From the human T2T-CHM13v2.0 reference genome, Homo sapiens, in assembly GCF_009914755.1 (NCBI RefSeq), contig NC_060946.1: DNA of 64,000 nt. One strand, given 5' to 3'. Numbering within the stretch: the stretch's first letter is position 1; every line of letters begins with the position of its first letter. Of the stretch, positions 25,359-54,549 are shown piece after piece. Under the pieces are notes generated by a model. The model searched no databases and was not told where the DNA came from. It saw only the letters and a program-made list of their open reading frames with translations. The translations under genes were made by a program, and so were the position numbers.

Positions 25359-26233
25359 TTAAAAACAGCCCTCAGAATATTTGAAGAAGGCAAGTTGGTA
25401 AAGTATTATATTTTTAACACTGTGTAAACACCTGTTTCATACCCGTGAAGGCACCATGTATATTATCCACAAAAAGGCCTCAAGCTAGGGAGGATGGATG
25501 CAACTGACATGAGAGAGCACACAGTGACTCTCAAAACTAACAGAGAACCTAGCCCTGTTAACTGGGTGAATGTCTTGCCTTTATAAACCCAGAAATACAC
25601 AAACAAGCATTCTCCCATTGTCTTAAACAGCAACTGCATTCTGGTGAGAGTAATCACTTCTGTCTCTGAAACACCTTCTTACTGTTGTATCAAATTCCTC
25701 TGACACAGAAGAAACATTCAAATAACCTACAACTGTACATCTTTATCCCTAACAAAAATGGACCCAAGAGAACACCTTGATTACTTCTATTAACTTTGTT
25801 TCTCTCACTTGCAAAACAACATGACCATTTCTTCCCCCAAGAAACTGAATCAAGATGTTTGGGTAGTTTTATAACAAAACCTAGAAAAGTATTCTTCAAA
25901 AAACATATTTGTGGCAATAACATGGGGCCCAGTTCTTTCCTAGTTGTCCTTAATGTCTGATAAACCAGAATTATAAGCAAAAGCAATAATAAAAATTATA
26001 CCTTCAATTTTATGAATTTGAATCTTGAGTATTACTACTATCTTTATGATAAACATTCTATTACAATCTTGTGTATAAGAAATTTTCATATTAATAAATG
26101 TCAACATCTGGCCCACTGACCAAAGCAATCAAATAACATTGACAGGCAGTAAGACAACATTTCTTGTTTCCTTGGGGTAAGTGCTAGAACAGAAAGCAGT
26201 AAAATAACTTTATTCTAAAATTTATGCTTCTAG

Positions 26234-32000
<5,767 letters not shown>

Positions 32001-32046
32001 TATAATTAACCAAAACAATTTTACTTTGTAAAGAGATGAAGTCTCG

Positions 32047-33561
<1,515 letters not shown>

Positions 33562-34174
33562 TCATCTTAAATGAACACAACCTCAAGTCCCAGATGAATT
33601 CTATCCTAAGACCCATAAATTATGGAGAATGGGAGGACATTAAGGTCTGAAGTGAGCACACCCATCTCAAGTCTCAAAACAGATAGATTCCTGCTATTTG
33701 ATAATAAAAGGAAATGAGATTCCTGCTATTTGATAATAACAGGAAATGAACTATTGATATATGCAGCACAGATGAATCTCAAGTAATTATGGTGAGTGAA
33801 GCCAGACCAAAAGAAATGTATTTCCATCTATAGAAAATACAAAGTAATCCTGGGTTTACTTTGGATTTACCCCCAGGATTGCCTGGGAATGGGAGGAAGA
33901 AGATTGCAAATGGAAATGAGGTAACTTTTGGAGGCAATGAGTATGTTCCTTATCCTAATTGTGTTGATGGTTTCATAGGTGTATAATGTATTAAAACTTA
34001 TCCAACTTTATACTTTAAATGTGTGCAATATTTTGTATATCAATTACTTCTTAGTAAAGCAGTTAAAAAAAAAAAAAAAGAACCAGGGTTCTTTGGCCAC
34101 ATGATTCATTCCAGTGCTGGGGCAATTGGGATACAGATTCTAGAAGTGTACCGATCAATAAACGTAGAAGTCCA

Positions 34175-34350
34175 TGAAATTCTGAAGTAGATTATTTAAC
34201 AGATGTTTTATGATTGCTTAGGGAAGGAAAGGGAACCAGCATGAGTCAATTATGAACAAGTCATGCTAAACTAGCTTTATTTCCTGTTTTGATAGGGTTA
34301 CCACAACAACACGAAATGAAGACAGAGTTCTGGTGAATTCAAGCCACGCT
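34175..34350 (+). mobile_element. L3/CR1 LINE reverse-transcriptase fragment
   Basis: ccagcatgagt..aacaagtcatgctaaactagctttatttcctgttttgatagggttacc resembles the CR1 motif QHGF..KSCQTNLISFFDRVT. Confidence 0.65.
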
Positions 34351-35242
34351 TGTCAAGAACTTCCCATTTGTGAGGCTTCATGTTAGGACTGGTGGCAAAA
34401 ACAAATAATGATCCTGCTCTTAAGAAACTTGCAATTTTGTGAGAGAAGGAGACAGGAACAGAGAACATACTTTGCCTTTTATCACATTAAAGCACTTCTG
34501 AAACCCAAGGAGGAGCTGGGTTAACTTCAAATACTAAGGGAAGGATTAAAAGAAGATGAGGCCCGCAAAAGCCTTATCCTGAAGGATGAGTAGGCTTCTG
34601 ACAGAAAAGCAAGACCGCAAAGAAAAGAAAGAGGAAACAGGAGGCGAGGTAAGAGACTGAGACATCTGTGGTCACTGGCCACTAACCCTCACCCAGACAT
34701 GCCCATGCCCATGAGAGAAGGTTATTGGGGTCGGGGAAAATGCTCCTCAGGTGCCCGAGAATTCCCTGCATCTGGAAAAGTGTAGGTCTGTACCCAGCAG
34801 GTGCACTTGAGGTGGTGGTCAAAGGGGCAGCTGCTTGCTGGCGTGTATTGCACCTACATTGTGCAGGCAGGAGGCCACACACGTGCTCAAGCTCACAACA
34901 CATGGATAGTGCTGTGGCTGGGAAGGGAAGAGCACTATGCTGAAGGTCTGCTCTGCCGGAACTACTGACATAGAACTCTAAGGAGCCTGAGTATTTTCTA
35001 TTTGAACCCAACCTTCCAGGTCATTAAGAAGGTATATTAGGCCTGGTGTGGGCATGGTGATGCACGCTTGTAATCCCAGCACTTTGGGAGGGTGAGGAGG
35101 GCAGATCACTTGAATCCAGGTGTTCGAGATCAGTGTGGACAACATGATGAAACCCTGTCTCTACAAAAAATACAAAAATTAGCTGGGCATGGTGGCACTC
35201 GCCTGTAGTCCCAGCTATTTGGGGGACTAGGCAAGAGGATCA

Positions 35243-35371
<129 letters not shown>

Positions 35372-37256
35372 TCATGGCAGGAGGAGAGAGCAAAGTCTGC
35401 TTAATGTTTCTTAGGTTGATTTTTTTTTTTTTTAATGGTATGTAGGGCTCCATTTGTATTCTTGACCTAGACCTTATAAACGTGAGAGGTGGGCCTGGGT
35501 CTGGGAGGTACAAAAAGAAGGTGGAGGTAAGGGACAAAGATAGTTTTCAGCATCCTGATTTAAAAATCTAAGAATGCCTGTCAGTGATTCAGATGGAGGA
35601 GATGACGGTTCCATCCTTCCAGCAGCATCAGGAGAGAGATCAAGTTGGGAATTCTTAACAGAAGCCACAGTGATTAGCACTCCTGCAGAGAGAGAATTTC
35701 AAGAAAAGAAGTCGGAAGACAGAACTCAGGAGCAGCATGAGGATGAGGAATCAGTTAAAGAAAGTGGAAAGAAATGATAATGGAGTAAGAACCTTTAGGC
35801 CAGGCGCCGTGGCTCATGCCTGTAATCCCAGCACTCTGGGAGGCCGAGGCGGGTGGATCATGAGGTCAGGAGATCGAGACCATCCTGGCTAACACGGTGA
35901 AACTCTGTCTCTACTAAAAATACAAAAAAAATTAGCCGGGCATGGTGGCTGGCGCTACTTGGGAGGCTGAGGCAGGAGAATGGGGTGAACCCAGGAGGCA
36001 GAGCTTGCAGTGAGCCAAAATTGTGCCACTGCACTCCAGCCTGGGTGAAAGAGTGAGACTAGTCTCAAAAAAAAAAGAACCTTTGTTGTCCAACTCCAGA
36101 GGCCATGTAGTTCTGCTTAACCATGTAGCAGAACCAGAAAAGGGTGGTGTTTCCCAAGACAAAGAAGGAAGGCATTTCAAACAGGAGAGACTGAGAAAAG
36201 TAAGAACTGGAAAGCATTCACTGAATCTGCATGCAACCAGACGATGTGTGGTAACTTTGGTTCAAGTAAGGAAATGGAGAGGATGGGGAGAGGAGCAGAA
36301 AGAGTACAGCCGACTACTTTTTAAAGAGTGATCATAAGGCAAGGATAACGAAAAAAACTTAAATCCAGGTGAAAAACTGAGAGGCACAGGATGTTATGAA
36401 AGCCATGGTCGGGGGCTGGGGGAGGGGAGGCTGAAGGCTGCAGGACCGGGTAGGGTGAAAGAGAAGGCTCCAATGGCTAACCAGGGGGAAGAGAAGGGAG
36501 AGTAAATTCCAGGCAGAGGAGATGTGGGGCAGTGGTGCAGAGGCCTGTGGGAACCTGGGGCGACAGAGTGCCTGCAGAGAGGCGGACACACAGGGACATG
36601 ACAGGGGAAGCTGGAGGGTGAGCAAGAGCCAGGCCATATTTATATTTTCGTAATTTTATCCTGGGAAGCCACCAAAGGATGCTAAGCACAGACTTTAAGC
36701 ATGGCAACATTTATATTTTTATAACTTTTCCTCAGGTAGCAGTTTGTTGAAAGAATGGAATGGGGAGGATGGTGCACTGGGTCACCCGGAGGCAAGGAGC
36801 CCTTTCAGCCAACTCAGAATGAAGGGGAGCCACAGCTCTGGATAAATGGGCAAAGAGCAGGCTCACAAGAAATGGGTGCTTATTTCACAAACCTCACATG
36901 TCCCAGCAGGGTCCTGTTCAAGCAGTCTCCATCCAATTAGATGAAATTCCTCAAGGACACAACTGTATGTTCTAAATAGCTCATGTCTTCTTTACTGCAG
37001 TTGTAACCAAATTTGCAGGGCGGGAAAAAAACAGTATCCTTATCTGATGCCTCTCAATGAAGATATGACAACAAAAATCCTACAGGTGGCCACAAATGCC
37101 ATAAGGAACAAGCTGTTAGCCAGAAGTACTTTGGTCTTGACAACTCAGCTTCCACCTGTCCTAGCCCCAAGATACATGAAATACCAGTGGGCCCCAGGCT
37201 CAAGTGACCCAAGGATATTTCAAATGTCTTTTTCTTTTCTTTTTTTTTTTTTTTAA

Positions 37257-37561
<305 letters not shown>

Positions 37562-38295
37562 TAATACTTTATTCATTTGAAAGCTTTCCTTTTGTGGTAA
37601 GGTACAGTTCCTTTCACTGATGTTTATTTGTTCTATCATTTCTCATAACCCCCCCACCCCCACATCCTGAAGGTACTTGCTTTCTTGTAGAAATACTTAG
37701 GTCTGTCCGTGGCCCTGACCCTGTAAATAGGGCACTTGGCATTACTATTGTTCTCCAATGCCCACAGAAGGTCAGAAAGCAATGAACCAATCTGATCCTC
37801 ACAGCTATACCACTTCCAATACGGCTACCACTTTTTTTTTTTGGAGACAGAGTCTCGCTTTCTTGTCCAGGCTGGAGTACAGTGGCGCCATCTTGGCTCA
37901 CTGCGACCTCCGCCTCCCAGGTTCAAGCGACCCTCCTGCCTCAGCCTCCTGAGTAGCAGGCGTGTGCCACCATGCCCGGCTAATTTTTGTATTTTTAGTA
38001 GAGACGGGGTTTCACCATGTTCGTCAGGCTGGTCTTGAACTCCTGACCTTGTGATTCGCCCGCCTCAGCCTCCCAAAGTGCTGGGATTACAGGCATGAGC
38101 CACTGCGCCCGCCCGTCTCCTCCTTTCAACACCATATTTACTACCGTGTGAAAAGCAACAAATGTTAATATGGTTAATGCAATACACAGTACTTTAAAGT
38201 CTTGTTTCTTCCTATGTGAAGACTTCCGTTTTTGGTGTATTTTATATGAGGCAGACATATACACTCATTAGCAATTTAAGTACATTAAAGGTATT

Positions 38296-38625
<330 letters not shown>

Positions 38626-39420
38626 AGGAGCTTGAGGATTCTGTTTCACAAAAAAAGACTGACAGTACTCGAAATCAATCTTATTATAGATTGGTGGGGT
38701 TTGTGATTAAGTATGAAGAATAAGAAATGTCCATGTCTGCCCATGAAATCATTTTCTCACTATGCTCTGATTAAAACTGACAAACATTTAAACTGAGATT
38801 AAAAATAAATTCTACACATTAATCATTTACGCATTCACTTTAAACTTGCTTACACTTACTGATAATACTGCTTTGTCTTAGTTTATAGATGTATATTACT
38901 CAAAATATTTACAGTTCATTTATTGGGAACCAGGTAATGATGGTATTGAAAAGAAGTTATGAACAATTCTCACTTAATAATACCTACAATTTATTGAGTG
39001 TTTATTATCTGTCAGGCTCTGCTCTATGTTAGTATCTGTGGACCTCTCTCTAAGAAGGTGGTATTTAATGGTGCCTTGAAAAGCAGGTAGGATTTTAATA
39101 GGCAGCACACGAAAAAGCACTTAAGGAAGAAGGAGCTACAGAAGCTGAAGCACGGAAGGCTGGGTACCAGGTGCTGGATAGTTCAATATGGCTGGAGTTT
39201 ACACCTGTCCAGGGGAAGAACAAAAGGTGATGTTACTAAAAAGCTGAGAAATCTGTACTTTACTTCAATAACAGAAGATGAAGAGTCTGGATGTGGTGGC
39301 TCATGCCTGTAATCCCAGCACTTTGGGAGGCTGAGGCAGGTGGACCACCTGAGGTCAGGAGTTCAAGACCAGCCTGGCCAACATGGTGAAACCCTGTATC
39401 TACTAAAAACACAAAAATTA

Positions 39421-40255
<835 letters not shown>

Positions 40256-40425
40256 TATAAGGGCAATTTATAGATTCAGTGGAAATGGCAGAGACAGGAA
40301 ACTAGTACAGAAGTTTGTATTCAAGAGAAAAAAAACGTCAGTTTGGGATCGTAAAGGATGTGCATCAAATAACTTTAAAAACATTTGAATGTTAAAGTTA
40401 ATTTTATTTATCAAATAATCACCTA

Positions 40426-40889
<464 letters not shown>

Positions 40890-41884
40890 TTATATAATTA
40901 ATGTTATTAAGGATAACTAGAAAACTTAGTTTAAATTAGAAGCTTACGGAAGACTCTTCTTCTCTAAAGAAATTAGGGAAGGCATTTAAACAGAGAACTG
41001 AAGGATAAGCCGGAATTAGCCAGGTTGCTGGGTGGCAAAGGCAGCAAGTATTCTACAAGCAGGGAGAGGGTAGACCAGAAGTAGACCAGAAGTAGACCAG
41101 AAGCCCTAAGAAGACCACTGTGGCTACAGTGTACCAGAGAGAGCGTGGCTCACGATGAGGCAGAAGAAATGCGCAGTGACCCAGCAGTTATGCTAAGGAT
41201 TTATCTTTTAAGTGTCCTTTCACTTTAAACTGGGGAATAAAAGTATCCAACTTATATTTTGTAAATGATCTTACCAAATAAGAGAAAAACTGAACTGTAA
41301 AAAGGAAAAAGTGGCTGGGGGCAGTGGCTCATGCCTGTAATCCCAGTGCTTTAGGAGGCCAAGGCAGGTGGACTGCTTGAACCCAGAAGTTCGAGATCAG
41401 GTTGGGTAACATAGTGAGATCCTGTCTCTATTTTAAAAAAAGAAAATAAAAATAAAAAAAGGAAAAAGTTAAAAAAAAAAAAAAAAGGAAACCGTTCCAA
41501 GCACTGCCATAATACCAGCAAGAGGTGACTGACAGTGGCGTGGACTAAGCAACAAGGATGTAATTGGCATGTTAAGCAGGTCAGTTCAGTGTTCAGTGTG
41601 AAACCATACCACCCACTGCAGGACATCTAGCAACCCAGACCCAAGGTCACTATCAATCCAGCAGCACTCTCAAGTCAGTAAAATAATAATTAAAAAAAAA
41701 AAAAAAAAACACCCACCACATCTCTGAAGGGAGTAGTAAAGTCCTTGGAATGCGTAAGAGCAGTGACAGTGGAAATGGAAAGAGACAGCCAAGACTGAAA
41801 GGGAAAGGCTGCTGAGTGGGATCCACGAATGAGATGGTGAGCAGAGCAGGCCAGATAAGATCATCAAGGTCAAAAATGAATTGT

Positions 41885-42915
41885 GCAGAGAGGAGAAAAA
41901 ATTTGCAATATGTAGGACTTGTATTTAGCATACATAAAGAACTCTTAAAACTTCAAAACAAGACTACAAACAACCCAATATTACAAATAGGCAAAAGAAT
42001 AAACACTTCCTTTGTGACAACAAATATGAAAATATGACTGATGAGTCATAAAGGAAATGTAAATTAAAACCAAATACCCATTAGAATAGCTAAAATAACT
42101 GACCAATACCAAGTGTTGGTGAGGATGCAGCAAAGTTGAAACTCTCATATACAGATGTCTGTAGGAGCTTTATTCCTAACAGCCCTAAACTGTGTACGAC
42201 CCAAATGTTAATTAACAAGCAAAGGGTAAACAAACTGTGGTACATCCATACAACAGGACAGTACTCAGCAATAAAAGGAATTACTACTAATCCATGCAAC
42301 AAGGACAAATCTGAAAAACACTATGCTAAATGAAAGAAGCCAAACACAAAGAGAACAAACTTTTAAATCCCATTTATATGAGATTCTAGAAAAGCTGAAG
42401 CTAATCTATAGTGATAGGAAGCCGTGGCTGGGTGCAGTGGCTCACACCTGTAATCCTATGACTTTGGGAGGCTGAGGTGGGTGGATGACGAGGTCAGGAG
42501 TTTGAGACCAGCTTGGCCAACAAGGTGAAACCCCATCTCTAGTAAAAATACAAAAATTAGCTGGGCGTGGTGGTGTGCACCTGTAATCCCAGCTAGTCAG
42601 GAGGCTGAGGCAGGAGAATCGGTTGAACCTGAGAGACAGGAGGTTGCAATGAGCCGAGATCGCGCCATTGCACTCCAGCCTGGGTGACAGAGCTGGACTC
42701 TGTCTCAAAAACAAAAGGAAAGAAAGCCGTGCTTGCCTGAGGCACAAACTGACTGCAAAGGTACCCAAGAAAGCTTTTTGAAGTGATGTAAATATTCTGT
42801 ATCTTTATTGTGGTGGCAGTTACACAACTACATACATTTGTCAAGATTTCACTGAACAGTACACATAAAAAGATACATTTTATTGCATATAAATTATATC
42901 TCAAAAGGTGATTTT
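41885..42915 (+). mobile_element. Old L1 (L1M) 3' region with an Alu insertion at about 42427-42715
   Basis: catacataaagaactcttaaaacttc, aacaaactgtggtacatccatacaa and attgcatataaattatatctcaa. Confidence 0.8.
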
Positions 42916-44041
42916 TTAAAAATTTAGCTGTGCTACAAAATTAAGGGGTTGATTCTCTTTCATGGTTCATAAGCTCATATTCAAGGAAATTCCAAGGGAA
43001 ATGTTCCAAACAGGTTTTAAGTAATGACAGTATCATTAGAATAAATGCCCAGCCTTCCACAATCATTTCAAAGGCTTTGACATAAAATTTCTAATATTTT
43101 TAGGTTTTCTTCCCATCCTCTTCATCCCCTGTCATTATAGTCATGTCTCATAGCAGAGGCTCAATATTTGTGGATAATATATCCACCTTATTTAGACAAA
43201 CGTTATTATCATGCACAAGCACCATATACTGTAGCAACTAAAATGCTACCTAACAACTGTGAATGGGTTATTTTTAGGGAAAGCTATTAAGCTGTTCTCT
43301 AAGCCACCCATTTTGGTGAACTTTAATTATCTGAACACGAAACTACAGCACTCTGTTTCACAGATAAAAATTATCTTGTCTTCAGATGCTAAGTAAGTTA
43401 GACTGAGCCAAACTCATGTTCCAAAAATAAATAGGTAGATAATACTAATGATTGCTTTAAAAGAAAATGTATTCCTTACTTTAGCTTGGTTCTCTGACAA
43501 TTCACTAACCAAGAAAAACAGTGCAAAGGTTTTTTTTTTTCAGATGCTGCAAACCATTAAGTGAACTATTAAAAGCTAGCCTAAGGTTATTTAAGCAATA
43601 AAACCAGTAATAGCAAATGCTTAGCATTTATTCATAATTTTTTATTATTTTAAGAGCCAATGTTCCAATGTACTATAGGTACCATGGCTTAAAATCTAGT
43701 CATTAACAAGTATGCAACTTCTCTAGAAAAGGTGCTCTGGAGAGCCCAGAGCTTGAACAAGTTTTGTTGGTTACATATGCATTTGTCAATTTCTTCAGTA
43801 ATAAAACAGACTAAAAGACCCAGAAAAGGTTTCAATTCTGGTCCTATCCCTCACTAGCTGAGAGACACTGGCTGAATTACTTAGTATCTCTGAGTAATCA
43901 CTTGCTTGGCTAGAAAATGAGGAAAGCCCGGGGATTGTGAAGATTAGAAAAAGCAGATGCAGCCTAAAAGATAGTAGGCCTTCAAAAAAAAGTTGTATGG
44001 TCTTTTAAAAATTATTTTACTTGGCCGGGCGCGGTGGCTCA

Positions 44042-44317
<276 letters not shown>

Positions 44318-45149
44318 TTATTTTACTTATTATTATTCATTACATTTATCATGTGATACCCTAAAAAGGAAGTAACATCAGAAAAGAACACTGGGCTTCA
44401 AATCAGGAGGTCTGAGTTTTAGTCCTAACTCAGCTATGCCCTACATATATGCTTTGATAATGCTGGCCAAGTTACAAAAAGAAGATTCCATTATTTCATG
44501 TTCAGGCTACATCCAAACATAAGCAGCACAAAATAAAAAATATGGATAAAGAGACACACTCAGTTATACAGGTGTATGCGCAGACACTGACATAGATGAA
44601 GACTTGTAGTGACTTATATTCAGAAAAGTTTCCACAAATTTTTGGTGAACTGTGGTACCCAAATTATTAAAGTATGAAAAACACTTCTCTCTTCATGAAT
44701 GGGAAAAATGTCTATTTTACTTGATCTAAGATATACTACCAGGATTTAGTACTGCGACTATCCATCATCTTAAAAATCCATAACCAAGCAGCTCTGTTTT
44801 ACTTAAAGCATGCTAGGGTAGCCCAAAGTGAGACTTGGTAACAGATACTATCTAATGCAAAGCAGTTACTGCTTAGAAGTGTTCTGAACTTGCCATGAGA
44901 AAGAAAGGGAGACCCTGATGAAATAGATGGAGTATCCACTTCTTGATCATTTCCCTACATTTCCTTTCTCCTCATTTATTTCCTCCCACTTTCACTGGAA
45001 AAGAACTTTACAATGGTCTGGGTGAGGCTAGCTGGCAGTGAGTTATGACAACAGCTAGAAGTAGTATCAACACAAACCAAGAGCATTAAGTGACCCCTGA
45101 GGTAGAGTGAGAAAATAAGGAAGGACTACATTTAATCATAATGATCATA

Positions 45150-45365
45150 GTCACTAGCACAGTGCTAAGAACTTAAGAAAAATCCTTATATATTATCTTC
45201 ACCACAACCCTATGAAACATAACCCCTACTTTATAGATGAAGAAACTGAGGCAGAGTGGAGGGTCAACTAACGTGTCCATGATTACATACCTAGTAGTTA
45301 ACAGAACTGAGATTCAAATCCAGGTGTGCTGACCCCCAAAACCCATGTTCTGAACCATGACACTT
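45150..45365 (-). mobile_element. MIR SINE
   Basis: Core acaaccctatga..tttatagatgaagaaactgaggcagag..gagattcaaatccagg. Confidence 0.8.
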
Positions 45366-46569
45366 TATATAGGCCAACAGTCCTTGGCCACAGGCTCTTG
45401 TGGTGATCAACCAAGTTCAGGTTCATCATTGAGCCAGATTCAGACAGGTCAACTGAAAAGAAGCTGAAGAAGGCAGGCAGTAAGGACAAGAAAAATAATC
45501 ATAATGATCATGATATAGAAAATGTACTGCTTCCCAAAGTAGCCTATCCATTTGGAAGGTTCTGGCTATTTAGATCTATTTCCTCAGGATAAGTCAAAAC
45601 CTGTCTTTCCTGAAATAAGGTGAGTATGTGCTGTAAATGAGGTGTGGGAGTATGGGAGAGCAGGCTGGAAGGCAGAAGATGTGAAGGCAAACCAGGCACA
45701 GGGAAGGTGAGAAAGGGACCCGAACGGGGACAAGTTAAAAGAAAACATTGAAGACTCAGCAGAAAGAATCCAGAGATGTTTAGTGCTGCCAATCATGACA
45801 ATTAAGTGACTTTCTCCAGTATGTATCAGCAGTCTGAGCAAGATCAGACAAAATAAACAGTAGGGTTCCTATAGAGTGGGAGTGGAGAGATCAGGAGAAC
45901 TGAGAATCTGGTCAGAGTGGGGAGGTCAGCAGACAGAATCCAGAGCGAGGCCAGAGAGGACCAGCACACCGGGAAAACACAAAGGTGAGGGTCTCAAGCC
46001 AGGGGTCGTCAGGGAGAGAGGGCAGGATAGGGAGCCATGGTCTAGAAAAGAGGATGATCTACTTTGTCATGGTGACCCTGGCATGCTTTTGTAAGCTGTA
46101 CCCCAACGAGTCAAGTCAAAGGAAGAGAGGCTCAGATGACCACCTCCGTCACTGAAATGTAAGAGTGAAGAAATGCAAATATTTTCTGAACTGCCTCACT
46201 TTTGGAAATATTAAACACCTGTCTCAGAAATCTGGAAAATGACTAAGATGGGGAAAATGTTTAAACTTGCAGTATCCAGTATTATTATCTAAACTGAAAA
46301 GAACTGCCTGCACAACTAAGCAGGTGGTGAGATGTTACATAACAGATGCTAAACTAGGTAAAGTGGAAAAATGTAATACATAATTATAACTTTAAAATGC
46401 CAGTAAGAAAATCTTCAGTCAGCTCTGGAAAACTAATTTTACTTCTTTTCATGAAAAAGTTGCAGTTAGTTTCTTTTGCAACCTGTCATGATAGAAGAGG
46501 AATTGCAGAAGGAAAGGAAGACCCTAAACAAAACTGATAATCATTCATCTGTATGTGTTTTAAAACATA

Positions 46570-48545
<1,976 letters not shown>

Positions 48546-48608
48546 GTCCAGGCGCAGCGGCTCACGCCTGTAATCCCAGTGCTTTGGGAGGCTGAGGCGG
48601 ATGGATCA

Positions 48609-48821
<213 letters not shown>

Positions 48822-49460
48822 TCAAGCAAACAAACAAACAAACAAAAACAAAAAAATCAGACGAGCCAAATGCAGTGGCTCACACCTGTAATCCCAGCTA
48901 TTTGGGAGGCTAAGGCAGGAGGACTGCTTTAGCCCAGGAGTTTGAGGAAGACCCTGTCTCGAAACAACAAAAAAAACCCTAAGAATAACTGTCCTAGACT
49001 GTGTGTATATGTGTGTATGAATTGGGATTTTATTTTGTAAAGGACCCCAGGTGATTCTAAAGTTCAACTAAGATGGAGAGTCACTGCACCAACCCTTTTC
49101 TTCTCAGCTCACTTTGTCCTGGGCCCATATCTCATGGTTTTGGGTCTACTGTGGAAGTACCTTCTCTACAGAACAAAGACAAAGCAATAGAACCCAAATT
49201 CTTCCAATTCCCTTTGGGATCTATTCCCTTCTTCTCCTGCCTACCAGTATGAACTTCTATGGGATTATGCTGATGAGAAAAAATAAATTACATTTAAGTG
49301 ACTGATACCAAAAACTGGAATTACTTCACAGATGAGAAACCTGGTCCCAGATACAGTGCACCTTCTGGACCTCAGTATCTTCAATTTTAAAATCATTGTT
49401 TTGAATCTGATTTCTAATTGTTAAGCTGAAGTGTTTCTTTAAATTTTTAAGTTGGTTAAA

Positions 49461-49461
<1 letters not shown>

Positions 49462-49512
<51 letters not shown>
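49462..49512 (+). repeat. (TG)n microsatellite, about 25 units
   Basis: Perfect TG dinucleotide run. Confidence 0.98.
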
Positions 49513-49519
<7 letters not shown>

Positions 49520-49839
49520 CCTGCTCCCTCATCCTCAACAGCCTCATCAATCTCCACCCATTACCCATTTTTATTAGTTGCTTATCTTTCCATTATTTCC
49601 TCATGCAAACACAAATACATATTAATTTATTTACACGTATTAGAGTAAAGTGATTTCTAAATCTGAAGAGGCATCAGACTCATCCAGGGAGCTTTTTAAA
49701 CACGTGGACACTTAGTTTCTATTTTATACCTATTGACTGAACAAAACCCCTGGAGAGTGGAGCCCAGAACTTTGACAAAGTTCTCCCAGGCAGTTTTCTG
49801 TGACAGACACCTCTCAGGGTACTTACCCCAGCCCACATC

Positions 49840-50225
49840 ACCTTTACCCAATAGGGATCTGTCCCCTTTTGTCTGTGCTGTTGAGAGTATTGCTCCTGGC
49901 CACAGCTGATGAGGTACTACCCAGCCCAGACAAGAATCCATTCTAAGGTAGAGCTGGGCCAACTAGCTCCTCTTCTCAGACAGCCTGGAGCTGGAGCACA
50001 GAGACTCCAAGGGGCCAGGCTGGCTGACAGAAGAGTATCTGGTTGCATAACTGGGAATGCTGGGATGGGCCACATGCACCCAGACTTCATTCTGCAGAGA
50101 GGAGCCAAGTAGTAGACAGATCTGGACTGCAGAAACAAGGCCTGCTGCTCCACAGAGAATGACAGAGGCACTGCCTTGGTTCTCAGTGACTTCCCAATTC
50201 TTCAATCTAGTCCTCCATTCCTCAG
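49840..50225 (+). mobile_element. Probable ERVL LTR (LTR16-like) remnant
   Basis: ctcctggccacagctgat..gctgggccaa motifs typical of LTR16-type elements. Heavily diverged. Confidence 0.4.
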
Positions 50226-50231
50226 GTCTTC

Positions 50232-50727
50232 AGTAGGTTTTCTGGAGTGAGTGAAGGCAGCAGGAGTTTCAGCAGTCGTCCTGCAGATCATCTGTTACTC
50301 TGAATATGCAGTGGGTTAGTGTTGTGGGCGTGGCTGTTATCTGGGGGCAGGTTGAAAAGCTGCAACACTGCCACTGACTCTGGCAGTTATTTCTCTGTCT
50401 AGGTCTTTGCTTGTGTTTGGAACAGATGTATTTACTGCTCAAGAGTGCAAATGAGGAGACAATATGGGAAGAAAAGAAAAGAAATTTCAGAAATAAGATT
50501 TCCACTGTAACTTGAGAAATAAAAAATTTGAGTAATTTCACAAGAACTCATAATTCTGCTTAACTAGTATTCCGTAGGATGACAGTGGCAATGTGGCAGC
50601 TTTTCAACCTGCCCCCAGATAGCAGCCATGCCCACAACACTAACCCACGATACATTCAGAGTAACAGATGATCTCCAGGACGAATGTTCAAACTTGTGCC
50701 GTCTTCGCTCACTCCCGAAAACCTACT
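50232..50727. repeat. Long inverted repeat (145-bp arms, about 88% identical, 206-bp spacer); probable non-autonomous DNA transposon
   Basis: Arm 50232-50376 aligns ungapped to the reverse complement of 50583-50727 with about 18 mismatches by hand count. Confidence 0.9.
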
Positions 50728-50794
50728 TAAGTGATAGAGTATATTTGAAGAAATAACCTTCAAACTATTCAACTTTTATTTTGGGTCAAGATAC

Positions 50795-50985
50795 AAAGCC
50801 TTGGTCTTGGAAGTCCTGAAACCTGAATTCAAGTTCTTGTATTGTATCACAGCTCTGTGCTTGTAACCTCGGGCAATTATCTTCACCTCACTGAACCTCA
50901 GTATCTTCCTCTGTAAAATGTAAAGAATACTTATCTCACATATAAGGTTACTTGGATGAACAGGTACGTGAACTTGTTTCATAAA
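50795..50985 (+). mobile_element. MIR SINE
   Basis: Core tgtaacctcgggcaattatcttcacctcactgaacctcagtatcttcctctgtaaaatg. Confidence 0.8.
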
Positions 50986-51072
50986 TTCAATACAAACAGT
51001 GTCACTGCCATCTAGATTTTTATCACTTTCATCTCCAATCTCACTTTTTTCATTATTTTAATATAATTTTAA

Positions 51073-54549
<3,477 letters not shown>

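Noticed and set aside
34682-35011. Overlapping ORFs on both strands in a GC-richer non-Alu patch
   Set aside because: No recognisable protein similarity or splice context. Probably an old repeat or neutral DNA that I could not assign.
35574-35777. Acidic 67-aa ORF
   Set aside because: Purine-rich, probably L2-derived sequence that gives E/K-rich reads by composition. No recognisable domain.
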